From positions 1 through 18,137 of the forward strand of contig JBNKBE010000043.1 in NCBI GenBank assembly GCA_050287085.1: a DNA stretch of 18,137 nucleotides. Reading direction: 5' to 3'. The DNA is from Polyangiaceae bacterium (GTDB taxonomy: Bacteria > Myxococcota_A > Polyangia > Polyangiales > Polyangiaceae). The first letter of the stretch is position 1, and each line of letters opens with the position of its first letter. Below the pieces are notes generated by a model. That model saw only the letters and a program-made list of their open reading frames with translations, made no database searches and was not told the origin of the DNA. Of the stretch, positions 10,073 to 18,137 are shown in pieces. The translations under genes were made by a program, and so were the position numbers.

Positions 10073-10694
10073 GGGGTTTTGCGCGCTCCTTCAGCGGGCG
10101 CTTCGACGTCTTGCGGTCGCCTTGTCCTCTCTGCTCAAGCGCAGCTCGAGGACGTCCAGCTGCGCTTTGAGCGCGACGGTCTCGCGGTGCAGCCGCGACG
10201 CCTCAGGCATCCTGGTGGTCCGGCGCAGCCGGCTGATGCGGTCAACGGCGGACAGGAGGCAGTGGTGGAAGCCGAACTCGAGGGGAGCGAGCGAGAAGCA
10301 ATACAAGCCTGTGCCATCAAAGGCCGTGCGAAATGCGTCACCGAACCTTAGTCAGCCGAAGAGCTTGCGCTGACCGCATTATGCGTCACTCTTGCCAGAG
10401 ACGAGCCCCCGTCAGCGTCAGGAGAAGCGGACGTCGCACCACGTCCTCAGCTGCGTGCTCAAAGCTTGGCACGAGCGGGGGACGTGAACACCACGGTCGC
10501 CTGTCCCGGTTGCCGACCGGCCGCATCTGCGCCCAGGCGTGAAGCGGCCTAAGAGATTGACTGAGCTGAAAGCAGCTGGGTGCAATTGTGTCCGCTGCGC
10601 CACAGAATGTTCTGCCGCGCAGCAGGATGATCCGTCGCGGCGAGAACGCTTTCGGCGATCTGAGGCATGCTTTGCCACGGTAGGAGCGAAGGCG

Positions 10695-13376
<2,682 letters not shown>

Positions 13377-13388
13377 GGGAACCTTGGT

Positions 13389-14783
13389 ATGGCAAACGGC
13401 ACTCGGTGGGAACGGGATTCTTTGGGCGAGGTCGAGGTCGAGGCAGCGCGTTTGTGGGGCGCGCAGACCCAGCGCAGCTTGACCCATTTCCGCATCTCGA
13501 CCGAGCGCATGCCCGGTGAGGTCATCAGCGCATTGGTGCAGATCAAGCGCGCCGCAGCCTCGGTCAATCGAAAGCTCGGCGTGCTCGACGAACGGCGCGC
13601 ACTCGCCATCATCGAGGCGAGCGACGAGATACTCTCTGGAAAGCATCCGGATGAGTTTCCGCTTTCGCTCTGGCAAACAGGCAGCGGAACCCAGAGCAAC
13701 ATGAACGTGAACGAGGTGCTGGCCAATCGCGCCAGCGAGATCCTCGGTGGCAAGCGCGGGCAAGAGCGCGTCGTCGACCCCAACGACCACGTCAATAGAA
13801 GCCAATCGTCCAACGACGTCTTCTCCGCAGCGATGAACCTCGCCTGTCTGGCCGCGCTTCGAGACGACGTGCTGCCGGCGCTCCGCGACTTGCGGAACGA
13901 GCTTCACCAGAAGGCCCTCGACTTCGCGGACATCATCAAGGTCGGCAGAACGCACCTGCAAGACGCCACGCCAATCACCCTCGGACAGGAGTGCAGCGGG
14001 TGGGTGGCGCAAATTGACCACGGCATCGAGCACATTGAGAGCGCGCTAGGACACTTGTCTCAGATGGCCTTGGGAGGAACCGCGGTGGGCACCGGTCTCA
14101 ATGCCCCTATGGGATATGCTGAGCGCATCGCGCAAGAGCTCTCCAAGACCCTGCAACTCGAGCTCGTCTCCGCTCCCAACAAATTCGAGGCCCAGGCCGC
14201 CCACGACGCGCTCGTCTTTGCCCATGGCGCGCTCAAGACGGTCGCAGCCAGCATGAACAAGATAGCCAACGACGTGCGCTGGCTCGCCTCGGGCCCACGC
14301 TGCGGACTGGGAGAACTGCTCCTTCCCGCGAACGAGCCGGGCAGCTCCATCATGCCGGGCAAGGTGAACCCCACCCAGTGCGAGGCGCTCACCATGTGCT
14401 GCGCGCAGGTCTTTGGCAACGACGTGACGATCAATTTTGCAGGAGCCAGCGGCAACTTCGAGTTGAACGTATACAAGCCCGTGCTGGTTCACTGCTTTCT
14501 GCAGTCCGCGCGTTTGCTGGCGGGCGGAGCAGCGGGGTTCTCCAAGCACCTGGTCAAGGGCCTCGAGCCCAATCGCGATGTCATCGCTCGTCACCTCGAG
14601 CGCAGTCTGATGCTCGTGACGGCGCTTGCGCCAGAGATTGGCTACGAAAAGTCCGCCCGTATCGCCAAGCGCGCACACGAGGCGGGCATCACCCTGCGCC
14701 TGGCGGCCCTGCAAAGCGGTGACGTTAGCGGGGAAGACTTCGATCGCCTGGTCGATCCCAAGAAGATGCTGGGGCGAGGATAG
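13389..14783 (+). CDS. fumC: Class II fumarate hydratase
   Basis: [30 protein letters not shown] and the signature [15 protein letters not shown]; begins 12 nt after the acnA stop. Confidence 0.97.
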   Translation: MANGTRWERDSLGEVEVEAARLWGAQTQRSLTHFRISTERMPGEVISALVQIKRAAASVNRKLGVLDERRALAIIEASDEILSGKHPDEFPLSLWQTGSGTQSNMNVNEVLANRASEILGGKRGQERVVDPNDHVNRSQSSNDVFSAAMNLACLAALRDDVLPALRDLRNELHQKALDFADIIKVGRTHLQDATPITLGQECSGWVAQIDHGIEHIESALGHLSQMALGGTAVGTGLNAPMGYAERIAQELSKTLQLELVSAPNKFEAQAAHDALVFAHGALKTVAASMNKIANDVRWLASGPRCGLGELLLPANEPGSSIMPGKVNPTQCEALTMCCAQVFGNDVTINFAGASGNFELNVYKPVLVHCFLQSARLLAGGAAGFSKHLVKGLEPNRDVIARHLERSLMLVTALAPEIGYEKSARIAKRAHEAGITLRLAALQSGDVSGEDFDRLVDPKKMLGRG

Positions 14784-14917
14784 TTGTCATGTGCGGGTCG
14801 TAGCCGGCGGGTCGCTTTCGCCATCGCTTCCCAGACCGCTGCGTTCGGTGCTGAGCCGGCTCCGCGGATACGTCCTTTCGCAGCGGACGGGGGCCAGCCG
14901 GCTTGGGGTGAATGGCT

Positions 14918-15075
14918 CCAGAGCGAGGTCAGCCGCGCGCCGGTGCGTTGCACGTCGCTCACGTTGCGGGTAACCGGGTCATGTCGTGCACGAGCGCGGT
15001 CGCCGCGAGCAAGCCGTCGACGGTGGGGATCGGGTCAGGGACCTTCAACGCTCCCCAGCGGTGGGCGATCCTACG
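14918..15075 (-). pseudogene. vapC: VapC-family PIN toxin, C-terminal fragment
   Basis: The minus strand reads RRIAHRWGALKVPDPIPTVDGLLAATALVHDMT, then after a 1-nt deletion at ~14976 VTRNVSDVQRTGARLTSLW. The N-terminal part is absent. Confidence 0.8.
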
Positions 15076-15108
15076 CGGTCTACCTGCCTCATGATTCATG
15101 ATAGCGGC

Positions 15109-15168
15109 ATGCTTCGGCCCCAAGATCTCGTGCTCGCCTTCCACCTGTCGGGGACGCCCGCGCGGACA
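15109..15168 (+). pseudogene. N-terminal stub of an 'MxLKPQD'-type putative HTH protein
   Basis: MLRPQDLVLAFHLSGTPART, preceded by the tandem heptamer TCATGAT-TCATGAT (15089-15102). Recognition is from memory of the family's N-terminus only. Confidence 0.35.
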
Positions 15169-15182
15169 CAGGTGGAGAAGCC

Positions 15183-15311
15183 CGGACTAACCTTCAATGT
15201 GCCAGCCGTCGCATAGGCGCCATACTCGCCCGCGAGCTCAACCGTCCGCTCCCACGGCGCCGCGGGCATTGGGCCCTTGCCAACTCGTGTTGCCCGCCAT
15301 TCCTCGATCTC
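15183..15311 (-). mobile_element. IS66-family accessory gene (orfA/TnpA-like) fragment
   Basis: A minus-strand frame not shown in the track reads EIEEWRATRVGKGPMPAAPWERTVELAGEYGAYATAGTLKVSP, matching the 'WR..R....P..LW..AV.LA...G....A..L' pattern. Confidence 0.6.
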
Positions 15312-15787
15312 ACCCGCGGGGGATTGCGCAACGCTTTCGCTTGCGTTTGGACGAGCGCCGTCATGCCGTCCGGATCGAGATCAAATAGGTTCGTGAGGAA
15401 CTCGTCCGGCGACTGCGCCTCGATTCCCTCAGGGAGCTGTCGGAAGTCTTTCAGGTTGCTTGTGACGATCACCTGGGCGCCAGCCTTGAGCGCAGCGGCT
15501 GCGACGTGGCGGTCCTTCGCGTCATTGGGCATCGCGTCGATGAGCACCTCATGTCCCGTCACCATGGCTTCCGGAAAGTGCCCCGTCATAGCATCGCGGA
15601 GGCGCTCGGCTTGCTCTTCGGTGATGGTTCCGGTCCCCATAAGGTTGCGGGTCGTCTCGTCTAGGATCTGCGTCGACCAGTAGAGTTGAAAGTACCCATC
15701 GGCCGCGGCGCGCAACAACGTGTCCCGTAGAGAAAACGGGAAGAGGACGTTTGCGTCCAGTAGCACCTTGAACGGAGCGGCCAGCAT
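15194..15787 (-). CDS. PIN-domain protein (PIN_3/VapC50-like); native C-terminus replaced after ~15312
   Basis: VLLDANVL, WSTQILDE, DAKDRHVAAAA, IVTSNLKDF, SPDEFL. After ALRNPPR the frame reads out of frame through the IS66 fragment. Confidence 0.88.
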   Translation of the reverse strand: MLAAPFKVLLDANVLFPFSLRDTLLRAAADGYFQLYWSTQILDETTRNLMGTGTITEEQAERLRDAMTGHFPEAMVTGHEVLIDAMPNDAKDRHVAAAALKAGAQVIVTSNLKDFRQLPEGIEAQSPDEFLTNLFDLDPDGMTALVQTQAKALRNPPRVRSRNGGQHELARAQCPRRRGSGRLSSRASMAPMRRLAH

Positions 15788-15799
15788 GCGCTCAGGAGC

Positions 15800-16294
15800 C
15801 TACTTCAGTTCGTCGTAACCGCCGAACTCCTCCGACATTCGAGTGAGTTCATCGAGGCCGCCCTTCCGCTCACGATCGCGCTTGTCCTTGAACTCCAGCA
15901 CATCCTCAATTCGAACTCGGCGGTGCTTTCCTGTCTTCGTGAACTGGATGCGTCCCTCGTCGAGGAGCCGAACCAAGTACTGGCGAGACACGTTCAAGAT
16001 ATCGGCGGCTTGCTGTGTCGTGAGCTCTTGCCCGACGGGCACAATCGTGACGGAGTCGCCGCGCGCCATCACCTCGGCGACACGCTCAAGCACCAGGAAT
16101 ACGCTCGTGGGGATCGCGATGGTCTCTCCAGCAGGACCAACGAGCTTGCAACCGGCACGCTGGCCTTTCGCGTGGGCCGCGCGATCGAGCAAGCGAAACA
16201 GCGCCTCGACTTCAGCACGCTGGCTTGGTGGCGCAGCGACGGGAGTCATTCGGCGGATCTGATCTTCAAGGGGCTGGATGGCTTCGGCGAGCAT
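15800..16294 (-). CDS. Excisionase-like HTH DNA-binding protein (164 aa), probable antitoxin partner of the PIN gene
   Basis: ELTTQQAADILNVSRQYLVRLLDEGRI...GKHRRV (HTH_17-type). SD GGAGG (complement of 16301-16305) supports ATG at 16294; the gene ends 12 nt before the PIN start. Confidence 0.9.
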   Translation of the reverse strand: MLAEAIQPLEDQIRRMTPVAAPPSQRAEVEALFRLLDRAAHAKGQRAGCKLVGPAGETIAIPTSVFLVLERVAEVMARGDSVTIVPVGQELTTQQAADILNVSRQYLVRLLDEGRIQFTKTGKHRRVRIEDVLEFKDKRDRERKGGLDELTRMSEEFGGYDELK

Positions 16295-16323
16295 GGCGGA
16301 CCTCCACTTCGGAACATGAACCC

Positions 16324-16365
16324 TATTCGACCCAAACGCAACCAGTATTCGACCCAAACACAACC
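16324..16365. repeat. Two 20-bp direct repeats TATTCGACCCAAAC(G/A)CAACC with a 22-bp period; candidate operator
   Basis: Copies at 16324-16343 and 16346-16365 differ at one position and lie about 30 bp upstream of the HTH gene. Confidence 0.85.
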
Positions 16366-16532
16366 TTTCCTGGGTGCCGGCCTCCGCGGTCAGGCGAAGA
16401 GATCGACTTCATTGCGCCGAAATGCGTGCGTTCAGAGAGTCCGCATCGGCGACCATTGACGTGCAAAAAGGCTGTCAGGCCGCGGTCACATACGCGCCGA
16501 ACGACTTGCGCCTCGCTAGGCTTGGGCCTCAG

Positions 16533-17382
16533 TTGCCCTGGTCGTCAAAGAAATACTGGGTCTGCGGTCCAAACGTCCGCCGACCGGAGCGATGGTCCTG
16601 GGGGGGGGCACGACTTCGAGATCGCAAGGCATGACGAGCAGGCCATCGTTACTATCACCGGGTTCGCGGACGATGCGAGGCTTCAGGCGATTACCGACGC
16701 CCTGTTCGAACTGCTGAGCCTTGCGTCGAGAGTGCGGTGTCAGTGGTTCCTTGAAGAGACGTTCGTTGGCGATGACTGCGTTGAACGGCGCGCGGTCCAG
16801 CGGGAGCGAACCGCCAAGGCTAGTAACCCACTGATTCCGTGGGGGCGGCTGCCATCCTTCATGACACAGACCATGGGTGTCTATCAGGCCGAGGTCGACC
16901 GGTGGTCGCTGCCTACGCTAATCGCCTACTATTGCCGTTCTCACACGGAGTCTCTCGGGGAGGCGAAGTTCATCTTCGCTGGCGTGGTGATCGAGGCCAT
17001 GAAGTTCTACTGGGCGAAGAACGTAGGTCAGCTTCGCCAGGACCTCAAAGCCAACGGGTTGATCCGCGGGTTTTGCCCCCAAGCAGGAGGACGGAATTTC
17101 GAGCAGCTGCTCACCATGATGCGGGACCATCTAGAGCTCTCGCATTCGTACACGTTTCTCGACGATCGGAACGCGCTCTTTCACACCGGCTTGACTTCCG
17201 TCGCCCAGACTGCTCCGGGAGCTGAGACATGGCCACCGTTGCAGACCGAGCTGGCGAAGCTGCACGACCAGATCGATGATATCTTGTTGACTGTCCTTCA
17301 GTACAAAGGGGTGATTTGCTCGTACTGGGACATCGATACGGAGCTACAGTTTCCGGGGCGCACCCAAACCGTCCAAACATAA
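16533..17382 (+). CDS. Putative HEPN-domain (ApeA-like) RNase; start uncertain, probable frameshift at G9 (16600-16608)
   Basis: C-terminal half reads EAKFIFAGVVIEAMK...RNALFHTG (R-X4-H at 17167-17184). The long frame has no credible start. Removing one G joins it to an upstream frame beginning at TTG 16533 (282 aa). Confidence 0.55.
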
Positions 17383-17387
17383 GGGAA

Positions 17388-17438
17388 GCCCCCGCGACCG
17401 CGTCAACGGTCCGGGGGCATGGCGCAGTTGGAGTGCGC
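17388..17438 (+). promoter_or_regulatory. Two-hairpin structured intergenic/leader element
   Basis: GCCCCCG(C)GACCG-cgtcaa-CGGTCCGGGGGC forms a 12-bp stem with one bulge. It is followed by GCGCA-gttggag-TGCGC, which encloses the SD of ATG 17442. Confidence 0.6.
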
Positions 17439-17441
17439 GAG

Positions 17442-18034
17442 ATGCAAGATAGCGAAAAAAGCAGCGACGAGCTGCGCAAGATACTGGCCATCGAGTCAGC
17501 CACAAGGTTGATTCGGGAGCTGCAGGAGGCAATTGACCTCATGTCATGCGTGATCACCCCTTCGCTGAAGCCGATGACCTGACGGTTGAGCAGATTGAAT
17601 CCGCAACGAGCGCATGGGATGAGATCCCCGTCCGGCCCATTGACGCCCAGCGCGCCCGCCAGGTCTGCGCTTTGCTAGATGCCGCCCGGCGAAACGTGAA
17701 CGCCGGAAGGTCCGTCCAAGTTGAAGCGGATCGACTCAGCCGAACCAACAGACCCACGTGGCAACCCGTGTGCCGGGAGGCCTGGTTTCTCGCGTTGAGT
17801 GAGTGGGAGGTTGGGGCGTGGCGTAAGCCCGGCAAGCCAGGTGCAAAGCCAGGTGCAAAGCCAGGTGCAAAGCCAGGTGCAAAGCCAGGTGCAAAGCCAG
17901 GTGGGCGAGCATCACTGTGGAAGCGCGTGGCGGCCATCGTGAGCGAGTCGACCGGGCGGGAAGTGAAGACAGCAAGCATGCGTGACGAAGTCCGAAACTC
18001 GCTTGGGAATGAGAAAAGGACACTGTCCAAGTAG
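17442..18034 (+). pseudogene. Hypothetical protein split by a 5-bp duplication at 17539-17548
   Basis: GGAG precedes ATG 17442. Deleting one TCATG fuses ...QEAIDLM to RDHPFAEA..., joining track ORFs 17316 and 17546. Confidence 0.55.
17834..17903 (+). repeat. 12-bp perfect tandem repeat AAGCCAGGTGCA, 5 copies plus a 10-nt partial (encodes KPGA)
   Basis: Read directly from the sequence; the copies are identical at nucleotide level. Confidence 0.97.
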
Positions 18035-18137
18035 TTGAAATCACGGTCCCCGAATCGCGAGTTTGCACAATCGCCGTTGTGAGAGCCGGATCCAAATGGC
18101 CGTGTATGGGCATCCCGATGCCTCAAACCGAACGCAC

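Noticed and set aside
10557..10598. Promoter TTGACT...TGCAAT or an IRE-like hairpin before acnA
   Set aside because: The -10 match is poor, the stem relies on G-U pairs, and there is no CAGUGN loop.
14853..14915. AGCCGGCT-bounded fold and a ydaO-like TTGGGGTGAAT after fumC
   Set aside because: Only a partial motif, no downstream gene to regulate, and likely chance in GC-rich DNA.
16324..16365. Mini-CRISPR array or replication iterons
   Set aside because: Only two copies separated by 2 bp, with no cas or rep gene.
16225..16532. N-terminal ~100 aa of the 385-aa track ORF
   Set aside because: Overlaps the divergent HTH gene and its operator repeats and looks non-coding.
17554..18126. Minus-strand ORFs with PGFA or LALH repeats
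   Set aside because: Antisense read-outs of the same VNTR; the + strand has the better SD and start context.

Overview
High-GC bacterial window (tentatively myxobacterial-like, by inference only). It holds two intact cargo blocks separated and flanked by decayed accessory DNA. (1) 544-8700: a complete kdpFABC-kdpDE high-affinity K+ uptake locus, preceded by two extra small ORFs absent from the ORF track and a candidate KdpE box; it sits just after an abruptly truncated aroA. (2) 8822-10390: a mosaic of broken defence-type genes (AlbA/RecG-C-like ATPase, a helicase-like N-terminus, DISARM drmB/DUF1998). (3) 10695-14783: an intact acnA-fumC pair. (4) 14918-16365: toxin-antitoxin and IS debris (vapC fragment, IS66 orfA fragment, C-terminally truncated PIN gene, excisionase-like HTH gene with a 22-bp-period direct repeat upstream). 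(5) 16533-18034: a HEPN-motif (R-X4-H) gene apparently frameshifted at a G9 tract, a two-hairpin leader, and an orphan gene split by a 5-bp duplication and carrying a KPGA tandem repeat. The best novelty candidates are the possibly phase-variable HEPN gene with its neighbours, and the small-peptide cascade ahead of kdpA. All family calls come from motif recognition by eye; no searches were run.
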